Positions 1 to 11,152 are shown, counted from the first letter of the stretch. The stretch is 64,000 bases of DNA from an uncultured Gammaproteobacteria bacterium (GCA_963705495.1 CAVPJQ010000020.1:4504-68503); one strand, 5' to 3'. Notes: generated by a model not told the origin, from the letters alone. Numbers and translations: made by a program.

Positions 1-86
1 ACCTCGTACTGCGCCGACGCCCGCGGCGTGACTACGCTGCAGAGAACACCAAGAAAAACCGTGTATGTGGCCGAACGAAGAGGCAT
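1..86 (-). CDS. 5' end of an unidentified secreted protein (gene continues past the window start)
   Basis: ATG at 86..84 followed by signal-peptide-like MPLRSATYTVFLGVLCSVVTPRASAQYE. Only 28 codons are visible, so no family call is possible. Confidence 0.3.
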   Translation of the reverse strand, partial: MPLRSATYTVFLGVLCSVVTPRASAQYE

Positions 87-290
87 CCCAGCACGCGGCC
101 CGATAAAAACCACAATGGTATAGGCCGGCGCGATTCGTCACCACCCGCGAGGAAATCACATGGACCCCTCCAGCCCGCTTTCGGTCATCAGCGACTTGTG
201 TCAACCGGTTGACAGTTCTCCTGGACGGCTCAGGCCATCATTTGCGCCGTCCGATGTTCAACCCGGTTCAAGTTCACGAAGGAGATCGAG

Positions 291-431
291 ATGAGCAGGC
301 AGAATGGTTCAGGTTCGGTGCGCAGGGTCGTCGAGCAGGTGTTCGCCGGCATGGTCTTCATCAGCATGGTCGCATTTGTCGTGGGCGGCACGATCGCCAT
401 GTGCCTGCCGACCGCCACGCTGCTGGTCTGA
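291..431 (+). CDS. small hydrophobic protein, 46 aa, hypothetical
   Basis: GAAGGAG at 278-284, 6 nt before ATG 291. MSRQNGSGSVRRVVEQVFAGMVFISMVAFVVGGTIAMCLPTATLLV has one TM-like helix. Read manually because it is below the ORF-track length cutoff. Confidence 0.35.
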   Translation: MSRQNGSGSVRRVVEQVFAGMVFISMVAFVVGGTIAMCLPTATLLV

Positions 432-461
432 GTTCCGATCGGCAGTAGTAACGGTGCAGTC

Positions 462-725
462 ATGAATATTCGCATTCTTGCTTTTGGGAGCACGCTCGTT
501 GCTGTCGCCGCCATCGCACTCGCTCAGCGGCCGCACGGCACCAGCCACTTCGAGGAGCGCAATGGGATCAGGAGCGTCGACACCGCCTATTTGCCTTCGG
601 CAGCGGAACTCAGGTTGCGAGATTCCGCCAACACAGGCCTCCAGGCCTATTCCGGCATTCAATCCGCCAACTCGCGGCCAGCACGGACCGGGACGGACAA
701 CGCTTTGGACTACGGAGCGTTCTGA
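462..725 (+). CDS. hypothetical secreted protein, 87 aa
   Basis: ORF with N-terminal signal-like MNIRILAFGSTLVAVAAIALA. No recognisable family. Its 3' end overlaps the convergent epimerase gene. Confidence 0.35.
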   Translation: MNIRILAFGSTLVAVAAIALAQRPHGTSHFEERNGIRSVDTAYLPSAAELRLRDSANTGLQAYSGIQSANSRPARTGTDNALDYGAF

Positions 726-1740
726 GGGTCGCGGCTGAACCGATACACGATCGTGTTCACATAGAGTTGGCCGGGCCGCAGGATCGTGGACGGGAACATC
801 GGCAGATTCGGTGCGTTGGGGAACGCTTGAGGTTCCAGGGAGATCCCAGGCGCGAGCCCGGGATGCTCCCGCGACAGCGCCTGGCCGCCGTAGAACTGAA
901 GGCCCGGCTCGTCGCTGTGGAGCTGCAGCGTGATGCCCGAACGTTCCGAGCGCAGCTCCGCCACTTCCCTGCTCGTCGCATCGAGCGCGAAGCAATGATC
1001 GTACCCGCCGGCCAGTGCCAGTTGCGGGTGCCGGTCTGCCAGCGGCAGGCCCAGAGGACGGGATCTGCGGAAGTCGAACGGCGTGCCCTCCACCGGGCAG
1101 AGCTCACCACTTGGAATCAGGCCGCTATCCACGACCGGCAGGAAGCGAGCAGCAGAAACACGCAGGAAATGATCGCCCGCAAAGGCACGGGCGTGCACGC
1201 CGAGATTGAAGTACGGGTGATAGGTGAGATTGATCGGTGTCGCTGCGTCAGTGGTGGCTTCGAGTCGTATGTGCAGGTCGTCGCTTTCGACGGTGAAGTC
1301 GGCACTGACATCAAGGTTACCGGGATAGCCCTCTTCTCCGGCCGGCGAGTGCAATCCAAGCCGCAGGCGCTGCCGACTGACCGGGAACCAAATCGAGCAC
1401 TCTCCATACCCGCTTACCGAAGCCGAGCCGGCCGCCGTGCAGATGATTCGGGCCGTCGTTGGCAGCGAGATCAAAACGCCGCCCGTCCAGTTCGAACGAC
1501 GCGCCGCCAATGCGATTTGCAACGCGCCCGATGACAGAACCGACGAAGGCACGGTCACGAACGTATGCATCGAGGTCGGGCAGGCCCAGCACCAGGTCGC
1601 GACGGCCCGCGCGGGTCGGCAGCGTCAGGCGGCGCAGGATGCACCCATAGGTCAGGATCTGTGCCTGTAGTGCCGTCCGGGCCGCCGAGCGTCACACTCT
1701 CGATCGGCGTTCCGTCGCTCAGTAAGCCAAAGGGCTGCAT
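710..1740 (-). pseudogene. galM: aldose 1-epimerase (galactose mutarotase family), reading frame interrupted twice
   Basis: Three ORF pieces in different frames tile one mutarotase: MQPFGLLSDGTPIESVTLGG, then GRVANRIGGASFELDGRRFDLAANDGPNHLHGG, then NLTYHPYFNL...GGYDHCF. Frame changes lie near 1672 and 1390. Confidence 0.8.
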
Positions 1741-1968
1741 GACAATGCCGCTCGAGACGCTACTTCGTGGAGGTGCAGGTGCGATGCAAAAAAGGAATGC
1801 TACTACGAGATGCTCCCAGGGCACCTCGCTGCGTCAAGCGCAAGCGGCAGGACGACTTGCGTGAACCCTGGCGCGCATGAAGTTATGCTCGCGCCCGGGA
1901 ACAGGCGCGACACGTGAAATGTTTGATCGCTCGCCACGGTCCAGTGCTCGTACTCATGGCCACGGAAC

Positions 1969-2775
1969 ATGGACGGCGGATACCTCTACTACCGGCATAG
2001 GCTGCCGATACGCGTGATGCATTGGGTCAATGCCCTCGCATTGGCGTTGTTACTGATGAGCGGGCTACAGATCTTCAATGCATACCCGAGATTGCATTGG
2101 GGCAAGTCCTCGTACACTGGTGCCGCACCGTTGCTCGACATGCGCGCTGCGCCGGCGGTGGAGGAGGGTCCCGCTCGCATCCGCATCTTCGGTCACGCGT
2201 TCGAGAAGAACGGACTCCTTGCTGTGTTTCGCGACTCGAACGGCTTTCCGTCGTGGACGACCATTCCAGGCCCCAGGTGGCTGGCGATGGGAAGGCGCTG
2301 GCATTTCTTCTTCGCGTGGGTGTTCGTGATCAACGGCGCGCTCTACCTGGGATATTCCATCGCCAGCCGTCACTTGTCGCGCGACCTGGCTCCGACCCGA
2401 ACGGATTGGCGTTCGATCGGTCGTTCGATCCTCGATCATCTGCGGCTTCGTCATCCACAGGGCGAGGCCGCGAAGCACTACAACGTGCTGCAGAAGCTGG
2501 CCTATCTCGCTTTGATCTTCGTGCTGCTGCCCCTGATCGTCCTCACGGGATGGTCGATGTCGCCGTGGCTCAACTCGCTGTGGCCCGGCTGGGTGGACAT
2601 CCTCGGTGGACGACAATCGGGGCGCACGCTGCACTTCATTGCCGCGTGGCTCGTGGTGCTGTTTTTCCTGGTGCACGTCTTCGAGGTCATCGTGACCGGC
2701 TTCTGGAACAACCTGCGCTCGATGATTACAGGTCGATATCGAGTCTCGCCGGAACGGCCGGGGGAGGGAGCGTGA
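1969..2775 (+). CDS. membrane b-type cytochrome (cytochrome b561 / Ni-Fe hydrogenase b-subunit-like)
   Basis: 268-aa ORF with several TM helices and conserved His (RVMHWVNA..., HFIAAW). Its stop overlaps the start of the next gene (GTGA at 2772-2775). Confidence 0.75.
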   Translation: MDGGYLYYRHRLPIRVMHWVNALALALLLMSGLQIFNAYPRLHWGKSSYTGAAPLLDMRAAPAVEEGPARIRIFGHAFEKNGLLAVFRDSNGFPSWTTIPGPRWLAMGRRWHFFFAWVFVINGALYLGYSIASRHLSRDLAPTRTDWRSIGRSILDHLRLRHPQGEAAKHYNVLQKLAYLALIFVLLPLIVLTGWSMSPWLNSLWPGWVDILGGRQSGRTLHFIAAWLVVLFFLVHVFEVIVTGFWNNLRSMITGRYRVSPERPGEGA

Positions 2776-3542
2776 GCGCCAGCAGCCGGACCCGCAGAAC
2801 TTTCCTCCGCACTGCGTTGACCGCGGCTTCCGGGGCCCTTCTGGCAGGCTGCGATGCGCTTTCGCGCAGCAGTTGGTTCCCAAAGGTGCTGGGTGCGGGC
2901 GAGCACCTCAGCCGCAACGTTCAGCACTGGGCGACACCGCGCAAGTCGATGGCCCAGGAATTCACCGAGGCGGATCTCTCGCCGTTCTTTCGCAGCAATG
3001 GCACGGCGAATCCCGAGGATGCAACCTACCAGGCGCTCGCCCAGAACGATTTTGCGGACTGGCACCTGCAGGTGGACGGGCGCGTCGAGCGACCCATGGA
3101 ATTCAGCCTCGCGCAGCTGCGCGCCATGCGCAGCCGCACGCAGATCACGCGCCATGACTGTGTGGAAGGGTGGAGCGCGATCGGCAAGTGGACCGGTGTG
3201 CCCCTCGCCGAAGTGCTCGCGCTCGTGAGGCCCACGTCGGAAGCCAACTACGTGATGTTTCATTGCGCCGACCCGATGGACCGGTCCGGTGACAAGTACT
3301 ACGAAAGCATCGATATGGAGGATGCGTACCATCCGCAGACGATCCTGGCCTACGAGCTCAATGGCCACGCGCTGCCGATTGCGAACGGCGCGCCGCTACG
3401 CGTGCGCATTGAACGTCAGCTCGGATACAAGATGGCGAAATTCGTCATGCGCATCGAGCTGGTTGACAGCTTCGCTGACATCCGTGGGGGCCGCGGCGGC
3501 TATTGGGAAGACCAGGGTTACGAGTGGTATGCGGGCATCTGA
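2772..3542 (+). CDS. molybdopterin-dependent oxidoreductase (sulfite-oxidase fold, YedY-like), Tat-exported
   Basis: GTG 2772 is in frame with the long 2022..3542 ORF. Twin-arginine signal SRTRRTFLRTALTAASGALLAGC. Moco-domain motifs ITRHDCVEGWSAIGKWTGVPL and NGAPLRVRIERQLGYKMAKF. Confidence 0.8.
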   Translation: MSASSRTRRTFLRTALTAASGALLAGCDALSRSSWFPKVLGAGEHLSRNVQHWATPRKSMAQEFTEADLSPFFRSNGTANPEDATYQALAQNDFADWHLQVDGRVERPMEFSLAQLRAMRSRTQITRHDCVEGWSAIGKWTGVPLAEVLALVRPTSEANYVMFHCADPMDRSGDKYYESIDMEDAYHPQTILAYELNGHALPIANGAPLRVRIERQLGYKMAKFVMRIELVDSFADIRGGRGGYWEDQGYEWYAGI

Positions 3543-3556
3543 GGGGTGGCAGTCAT

Positions 3557-5838
3557 CTACATGTGCAGCTCAACCGTCAGGAACCACTCCCGCGGGCGGG
3601 CGTAGCTCGATGCCACTGGTCCCTGTACGGGTAATGAGTAGCCGCTGATGAGGTAGTGTTCATCGGTTGCATTGCGGACGCCCAGTGTGGCGGACCAGGC
3701 GCGCTCGCGGCACCCAGAGCAGTGCCAAGTTGTAGAGGCGTTCAGCAGATGAAAAGCTTCCTGCCTGAGTTCGGGTGTATTTTCGGCGTCATTGAAAGTC
3801 GCTGATCGATAGCTCCAGTCGATGCGCGCGGAAAGTGAGTCGGTGAGCGAGCCGATCGCACTCAGGTTTGCGGACCATTCCGGCGAATCGGTAAGCCGCG
3901 AGTCCAGTGTCAGATCCGGAACCGTGGGAGCGATGCGCTCGTAGCGTCCATGCAGATAACCGATGCCGCCTGCGAGGTGCAGCCGCGAATGCGGCGCAGC
4001 CTCGAACTCCAGTTCCCCGCCGCGAATGCGCGCATCGCCGGCGTTGCTCGTCACCGGCGAGAACGTCACCGGCTGCACGATGCGGATCTGCAGGTCCTCA
4101 TAGTCGCTCGTGAACATTGCGCCGCGCAGACGCAGCCTCCCAGCCAGCACTGTGGCCTTGGCGCCGATCTCCAGCACCTCGACCGTTTCGGGGCCGAAGG
4201 TCGGTAGAAACTGGCGCGGAGCCTGATTTCGCTGCACGAAGCCACCGCTCTTGAAGCCGGTTGACCAGGATGCGTAAAGCAACACGTCATCGAATGGCTT
4301 GACTTCGACGGCGGCACGGTAGGTCGGCCTGGAGAAGTCCAGCTCATTCTTCAGCGGCGGCACGATGACCAGGCCGACGGGTGGAATGCCCGTCACACTG
4401 CCAGTGAAATACTGGGTCGGGACATAGGACTTGTGCTCGTCGGTGTAGCGGGCGCCGGCGGTGAGCGCGACGGTCTTGCTGAGCCGATAGGTCGCCTGTC
4501 CGAAGAGCGCGATACTGCGATTGACGATGTCGCGTCCGCCGCTCTGCAGATCGAAGGCAGCGGCGCTGAAGTCCGAATCGTCGTCCGCCTTCTCATCCAA
4601 ATAGTAGAGCCCTGCAAGCCAGTCGAGCGGGCTCTCCGCGCCCGGGCTCATAAGCTGTAGCTCCTCAGAAAGCTGGCGCTGATCCACCGTCGCGCCCGGA
4701 ACCACAATATGGAATGGGGAGGAGTCGGTGTCGCGCACAAAGGACGCGTCAAAGGTTCGCCAGGCGCTGATCGAGCGCACCGTGAACAAAGGTAATTTCC
4801 AGTCGAGTGTCAGACTCGAGCCCCACAGATCGAGGCTGGATGCTTCCCGTCCCGTTCCGTAGTTAATGAAGGGGTCCGACGGCACATACCGCTCGTCGTA
4901 GACGCTGACGCCGACGCCGGAGCCGCCTGCGGCGCCATTCACCGGTGGCACATTGTTGAATGCGAAAGTCTGGCTCACCGGCGCGCCCGGTCGGGCATTG
5001 CCGTCACAGCCGCCGACGGCATTCGCCACAGGTGCCGGACAGATCTGCACCACGCGCTCGAGCGTCGCGGCGACGCCGCGTTCGTCCGCGTGCGTATAGT
5101 CGGCGCTGAAGGTGAGACTGAAGGCATCGCCCGGTGAGTACACGAGTTGTGCGTACGCTGCGCGGCGGTGTTTGTTTCCGAGCCAGTCGCCGGCGTTCGG
5201 ACGGTTGACATAGCCGTCCTGATCGAAGCGTGGCGAAGGACAGCTTGGAGCGCACGTTCCCGGACAATGGCACATCAATCCGGGCGAACGCGTCCACCCT
5301 GCTGTCGCTGCCGAGCGTGGCCCGCAATGTCAGCGCTTGCTCCTGAGCAGGAGGCCGCGAAATGACGTTGATGGCGCCGCCGACGGTGTTGCGGCCAAAC
5401 AGGGTTCCCTGCGGGCCACGCAGCACCTCGATGTGCTCGACGTCGGCGACATCGAGGAGCGAGCCCACCGCGCGTGCCACATAAACACCGTCAACGAACA
5501 GACCGACCCCGGGATCGGTGGTTTGCAGCATGTCGCTCTGACCAATGCCGCGGATGTATATCGAGGTTGCAGTGGAACCGCCGGTTTGCGTCACGATGCT
5601 GTCGAAGGACACGTTGGGTGCAAAGGCGGCAAGGGCGGCCAGATCGTGAGCGCCAGTCGCCAGCAACGAATCGCCATCGACCACCGAGATCGAGATCGGA
5701 ACCTCATCCAGAGGCTGCGCGCGCCGCTGTGCAGTGACGATGACTTCTTCGAGAGCGCTCTCGCCCGCGCGCCGTAGCGCACGCCAGGTAGGCGCACAGC
5801 AGACTGACTATTGCGAACGCCGCTCGTGGGGGCAGCAT
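3557..5838 (-). pseudogene. TonB-dependent receptor, reading frame interrupted twice
   Basis: Signal peptide MLPPRAAFAIVSLLCAYLA. Plug domain EEVIVTAQRR...IEVLRGPQGTLFGRNTVGGAINV. Beta-barrel ending in the aromatic-terminal ...WFLTVELHM. Frame changes lie near 5768 and 5225. Confidence 0.85.
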
Positions 5839-6004
5839 GAAGATCGCAAGGCGCCCCTTTGTTCTTATTGTGTGAAGGATCATCATGCGGCGCTCACTCA
5901 TGCGAAGCAATGAACTTTGTGTGAAGAGACGCTGACGCCGAAGTGATCAGGGATTCGAGAGGCGAGGCACGTCCGCTGTGCCTCACCTTGGTCGAATCGT
6001 CAAC

Positions 6005-6355
6005 TCAGCGGGCCGCCACGTTGATCGCATGCGCATGCAGCGCCGTAAGCGTCGGCGCGTTGACCGCCCTGACGGCCTCGTCGACGGTTGCCTTGTAGCA
6101 GTGCTTCCATCCCTTCCGTGCAGCCGGATACCACTGCGCATAGTCAGGGCCGCAAACCGTGCGCGCTGCAGCACTGATGCGGCGGTAGAGGGCGAGGGCG
6201 CCCGCCGCGTTGGCAAGGTTCAGGTCGGCGTAGCGGACGGTGACCGGGGTGGCGAGTGGTCGCGGCTGGGCGGAATCCGCAAACACGGTTCCCGAGCCAA
6301 CCAGGAGGACTACCAGGGCGGTGCGGGCCAGAGTCTTCACGGTTGAGGTCGTCAT
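6005..6355 (-). CDS. UrcA-family protein (small secreted protein)
   Basis: 116 aa with a signal peptide and the characteristic VRYADLNLANAAGALALYRRISAAARTVCG motif. Confidence 0.75.
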   Translation of the reverse strand: MTTSTVKTLARTALVVLLVGSGTVFADSAQPRPLATPVTVRYADLNLANAAGALALYRRISAAARTVCGPDYAQWYPAARKGWKHCYKATVDEAVRAVNAPTLTALHAHAINVAAR

Positions 6356-6486
6356 GTGGGCATCTCCTGTCGTGGGTCATTTGTCATTCGCGGGGCATTT
6401 GCCCTGCGGCCGCGGGCTACAGTCCCGCGGCGGCTCGCAGACTCTCGCAACCCACGCCCATGGGTACTTAATCCGCCTGAATCCGT

Positions 6487-8368
6487 ATGATTCGCTCTGA
6501 AAATATGAGCGCGACGAGTCAACACACGTACGTCTTCGGATTGTTCCGCCTGGATGTGGCCCGACGGGTACTGCAGTCGGCCGGTGGTGAGGTCGTCGAA
6601 TTGCCACCGCGGGCGTTCGACGCGCTCCTTTACCTGGTTGAGCATCCCGGGCGGCTGCTCGAGAAATCGGAAATCATGAAGGCCGTGTGGCCGAACGTGT
6701 TCGTCGAGGAGAACAACCTCAACCAGGCGATCTCGGCGATTCGTCGGGCACTCAGCGACAGCACGGACAAGCCCCGATACATCGCAACCGTGCCCTCGCG
6801 TGGTTATCAGTTCGTCGAACCGGTGACCACGCTGGGTCAAGGCATGGAGCACGATGCAGCTACGCACCTCGAAGCGAACGAACCGCCCGTGCGCCACAGG
6901 ATCCCGCACTGGCTGGGCTGGAGGTTCGCGGTGGCGCTTGTCGTGGGGGTGGCGTTCGCGACCGCAATTTCGGTAACGCTCTTGCGCGAGCCACGCGCCA
7001 ACGCAGCACACGCTGGCGGTGCTGCCGTTCAAGGCGTTGGTTTCCGACGAGCGCGACCCGGTGCTGGAATTCGGCATGGCCGACACGCTCATCACGCAGC
7101 TGAGTCAGACACGCGGGCTCATCGTATCGCCGCTAAGCTCGGTGCGTCGCTACACCGGTGTCGACCAGGACCCGCTCGTTGCCGGGCGCGAGCTGGGCGT
7201 GCAGAGCGTGCTCGAAGGACAACTGCATCGCGCCGGTGATCGTCTGCGTGTGTCCGTGCGGCTGCTCGATGCTGCGAGCGGCAAGCCGCGGTGGGCACGC
7301 CAGTTCGATGAGCGCTTTGCCGATGTGTTCGCGGTGCAAGATGCAATTGCAGCGAACGTTGCGGCTCACTTGCCGGGTGACATCGTGGGCAAGCCCGCTG
7401 CTCATGCGCTGCGGCACACCACCAGCGACCCGGAAGCCTACCAGTTGTATGTCGCAGGGCGTTTCCACTGGGCAGAACGAACTCCGGCGAGCATGCAGCT
7501 CGCGATCAACTACTTCGCGCAGGCGATTGCGCGAGATTCGCAGTACACGCTCGCGTATGCCGCCGTGGCGGACTGCTATGGTGTGCTCGGAGTTTTTGGA
7601 GTGATGGAGCCGCGCGAAGCGTTTGCAAAGGCCCGTGCGGCTGCCCAGCGGGCGCTCGAGCTCGATCCGGAGCTGGCGGAGGCGCACGCGACGATGGGAC
7701 ACATTCAAGTGCAGTACGACCTTGACTGGGACGCCGGCGAAAAGTCGTATCGCAGAGCGATCGAGCTCAATCCGCAATACTCGATGAGCTATTTCTGGCT
7801 GGGCATGCTTTACAACTACCGCGGCAGGTTCGATGAAGCGCTCGCGTACATGCGCACCGCACAGGAACTCGAGCCGCAGCAGAAGGCGCTCAGTGCCAAC
7901 ATCGGCAATGTGCTGTACCACGCGCGTCGCTACGATGAAGCCATCCAGCAGTTGCAGCACACGCTCACTATGGACGAAAACTTCGAACTGGCGCTCGCCC
8001 TTCTGGGCCGTGTGTACCTGGGCAAGGGAGATGCCGAGCATGCCCTGACCGTGTTCGGGCGCCGCCGCTCTCCGGGGCTTGGCCGGGACGCCGATTTCGT
8101 GCAGGCGTATGCCATGGCCGGCCGGCAAGCTGAGGCCCGCGCACTGTTGCAGCAGATGCAGGAAAGAGCGAAGACGACTTACGTATCTGCATATGAATTC
8201 GCGCTGGCCTACATCGGTCTCGGAGAACAGGACTTGGCGCTCGACTGGCTCGAGCGGGCGTTCGAACAGCGCGCACAGCACATTGCGCACCTGCCACAGG
8301 AACCCGCATTTGACGCGCTGCGGGGCAATCCGCGCTTGGAGCGACTGGTCGAGCGGCTGGCGCTGTAA
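6487..8368 (+). pseudogene. CadC/OmpR-type winged-helix transcriptional regulator with TM segment and periplasmic TPR domain, one frame interruption
   Basis: N-terminal wHTH (FGLFRLDVARRVL...ELPPRAFDALLYLVEHPGRLLEKSEIMKAVWP...YIATVPSRGYQF) and a TM helix, followed in another frame by LAVLPFKALVSDERD and TPR repeats. The frame change is near 7010. Confidence 0.75.
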
Positions 8369-8492
8369 CGGGTCCGCGCCGATCATGACGAGGTTCGGCA
8401 TGCCGGGCTGCGAATGCGAAGAGACGCCCTAACCCTTCCTCAGGTGCCTGGGCGGATGCTCTAGCGACCAGTTGCCTTTCGCAAGCGCGGCC

Positions 8493-8630
8493 TTAGGAAG
8501 CGCTGCGCGTAAACTGCTGCTCAGCCGGAGCGCGCTTGGTCAGCTGGTACTCTCTGACGTGATAGAAGCACGCGGCGATGAGAATGAGAGCCACGCCGAC
8601 TGACAAGAAAATGTGTATCCGGTCACTCAT
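8493..8630 (-). CDS. small membrane protein, 45 aa, hypothetical
   Basis: GGAG 6 nt upstream of ATG 8630. MSDRIHIFLSVGVALILIAACFYHVREYQLTKRAPAEQQFTRSAS has one TM helix. A degenerate copy of its 3' end lies at 11100-11152. Confidence 0.45.
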   Translation of the reverse strand: MSDRIHIFLSVGVALILIAACFYHVREYQLTKRAPAEQQFTRSAS

Positions 8631-8963
8631 GATGAACTCCGAAATGACCTCCGAACGGCAGCAATCATGGGACCGCAAAGCCTTCCTGGGTAGGCTTGCC
8701 GCTGTGAGGATTTCTATGGGACGAATCGTCCGAGGGCACACACATTTCCTCACGCGGCGCTCACACCGTGTCGTCTAGGAAAATCTTCACACGGCCATGC
8801 CTGCTCTTAGCGGCAGCGCTGACGCATCATCGTCGCACTTGGAGGGGACATGTGCGTCGATCTCAAGCGGTTCGCGGGGCGCCCCAGCCTGTTCCACCGT
8901 CTGAAGCGGTTGCTGAGCCCGGCACCCGTCGATGGCGGCAGCGTTGTGCATGCCCAACACCCA

Positions 8964-9062
8964 ATGATGTTTACCGAGTGCGTGGGCCGCCCGTACTTGA
9001 TCGGCGCCGGAACGTTCCTCGTTGCGACCTACCTGCAGTCGTATCTGCATGACCTGGACTGA
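8964..9062 (+). CDS. kdpF: candidate KdpF-like peptide, 32 aa
   Basis: [32 protein letters not shown] lies immediately upstream of the kdpA start and overlaps it. It is short and hydrophobic with a YL motif, as in KdpF. Called from position and size only. Confidence 0.4.
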   Translation: MMFTECVGRPYLIGAGTFLVATYLQSYLHDLD

Positions 9063-10551
9063 CTTGTGGCAATACCTTGTATTCATCGCGGTTCTTACCG
9101 CCACGGTTCGGCCGCTCGGCTCGTATCTCGCCAAGGTCTTTGCCTATGAACCCACGTTTCTCGATCCGCTGGCTGCTCCCGTCGAAAGACTGATCCTGCG
9201 GCTGATCGGCCCGGCTGCTCGGCGGTCGATGAAATGGCGCGAGTATTTTCTCCAATTCCTTGTCTTTGGACTCGCCGGCGCAGCGCTCATCTTCGTGATC
9301 CTGACGCTGCAGCACTTGCTGCCTTTCTATGGTCTCGTCGGCAAGGACGTACTCACGACTCCGATGACAGTCGATCTTGCGGTGAATACCGCAATCAGTT
9401 TTGCGACGACCACGACCTGGCAGGCTTACGGCGGCGAAACGACGCTGAGCTACTTCAGCCAGATCGTCGCGCTGGCGTCGCAGAGCTTTCTAGCGGGAGC
9501 TGCTGGTCTTGCCATTGGAATTGCATTCATACGCGGTATCGCGACCGACGCCGGCGGCGTACTGGGCAATTTCTGGCGTGATGTGATCCGCGCCACCTTG
9601 TGGGTGCTTCTGCCGTTGAGCATCCCCGGCGCCCTGTTCCTCGTCTGGCAAGGCGTGCCGATGAACCTGCATGCCTATGCCACAGCCGCGACTTTGCAAG
9701 GCGCGCCGCAACTCATCGCGCAAGGCCCCGTGTCGGCGTTCGAGTTCATCGAAAACCTGGGCACGAATGGCGGCGGCTTTTTCAATGTCAACGACGCGCA
9801 TCCCTACGAGAACCCTTCGCCGCTGAGCAATTTCGTCCTGATGCTGGCCATCGCGCTGCTCCCAGCTGCCCTCTGTTACACCCTCGGCAAGATGACCGGA
9901 CAGCGTCGCCACGGTTGGCTCCTCTACTGGGTTATGACCCTACTCTTTGTCCTTGGACTGGCTGGCGTGCACTGGGGAGAGAGCGTCGGTAATCCGGCTC
10001 TCGCGCGCGCCGTGGCGCCTCACACCTTCGCTGCGGGCGCAGATGCGTGGACCGGCAACGTCGAGGGTAAGGAAGTACGCTTCGGCGCTGCCGGAACAGC
10101 GCTGGCGGTTGTCGGCACGTCGAACGGGGCTTCCGGCTCCTACGCCGCGATGGATGACAGCCTTTCCCCGCTCGGTGGCGGTATCGCACTCTTCAATATG
10201 CTTCTGGGCGAGGTGGCGTACGGCGGCCTCGGTACAGGTCTGATCAGCCTGGTCCTCGTTGCTCTGCTCGCTGTCTTCGTGGGCGCGCTCATGATCGGGC
10301 GCGCGCCCGCATATCTCGGCAACCAGATCGGCCCTCCGGAGATGAAGCTTATCGCCCTCTACATGCTCATCGCGGGAGCAGTGATTTTGCCGCTCACGGC
10401 CCTGGCGCTTACGACGACGGCGGGGCGCGCCGCGCTGACGACTAACCTTGGACCTCACGGACTCACGTCGGTCGCATTTGCGTACGCTTCGAGCTTCACC
10501 AGCAATGGCCAGAACTTCGCGGGTCTGAACGCCAACTCGCCCTTCTACAAC
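9049..10551 (+). pseudogene. kdpA: potassium-transporting ATPase subunit KdpA, C-terminally truncated and fused in frame to a kdpC fragment
   Basis: [16 protein letters not shown]... through ...[16 protein letters not shown] matches KdpA throughout ([31 protein letters not shown]). About 60-70 C-terminal residues are missing. Confidence 0.85.
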
Positions 10552-11059
10552 GCATATCCGCTGGTGATTCTCGCGCTCGCTCAGGCGTTTTTCCCGGGGC
10601 AAGCGAACGGCAGTCTGGTCCGCCGCGACGGCAGAGTCATCGGCTCGATGCTCATCGGCCAGAGGTTCGATGACGCCCGCTACTTCTGGGGGCGGCCGTC
10701 GGCGACATCACCGATGCCCTACAACGCGGCCGCATCGTCGGGAACGAATCTCGCTCCCACGAATCCGCAGCTCGCTACGGACGTGACAGCGCGCAGCAAT
10801 GCTCTCGCCAAAAGCACACGGCGATTCCGCTGCTCCGATCCCGCTGGACCTCGTGACGACATCCGGAAGTGGACTTGATCCTCATGTCAGCGTCCGCGCG
10901 ATGCTGTACCAGGTCGAGCGCGTCGCCGCTGCACGCGGACTTGATCCAGCCGCCGTGCGCGCACTCGTTGAGCAGCATATCGAGCCACCGGCTCTTGGCT
11001 TTCTCGGACAGCGCCGAGTCAATGTTCTCGCCGTGAATCTCGCACTCGACGAATATTAG
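10552..11059 (+). pseudogene. kdpC: KdpC fragment lacking its N-terminus, plus one frame interruption
   Basis: [23 protein letters not shown]...[44 protein letters not shown] is KdpC. A frame change near 10812 (A-run) leads to [19 protein letters not shown]...VNVLAVNLALDEY. No kdpB lies between the A and C parts. Confidence 0.85.
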
Positions 11060-11099
11060 TCCAAGCGCCGAAGGCGCCAGATCGCTCGTACGCGCAACT

Positions 11100-11152
11100 T
11101 TAGGAGGCGCAGCGCGTAATCTGCTGATCAGTCGGAGGGCGCTTGCTCAGTT
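11100..11152 (-). repeat. degenerate copy of the 3' end of the small gene at 8493-8630
   Basis: By hand alignment 44 of 51 nt are identical to 8493-8543, in the same orientation. It translates to LSKRPPTDQQITRCAS* (compare LTKRAPAEQQFTRSAS*) and is preceded by an in-frame stop. Confidence 0.6.

Noticed and set aside
7133-8401. Long antisense ORFs, for example 7133..8401 (-), 42638..43672 (-), 20171..21361 (+), 309..995 (-), 2065..2883 (-) and 40945..41700 (-).
   Set aside because: They lie opposite clearly homologous genes. Their translations are Arg/Ala/Pro/Gly-rich, which is typical of shadow ORFs in high-GC DNA. No family motifs are present.
9022-10878. 618-aa ORF as an unusually long but functional KdpA.
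   Set aside because: The C-terminal about 110 residues are KdpC sequence followed by out-of-frame KdpC. With kdpB absent, the product cannot form a Kdp pump.
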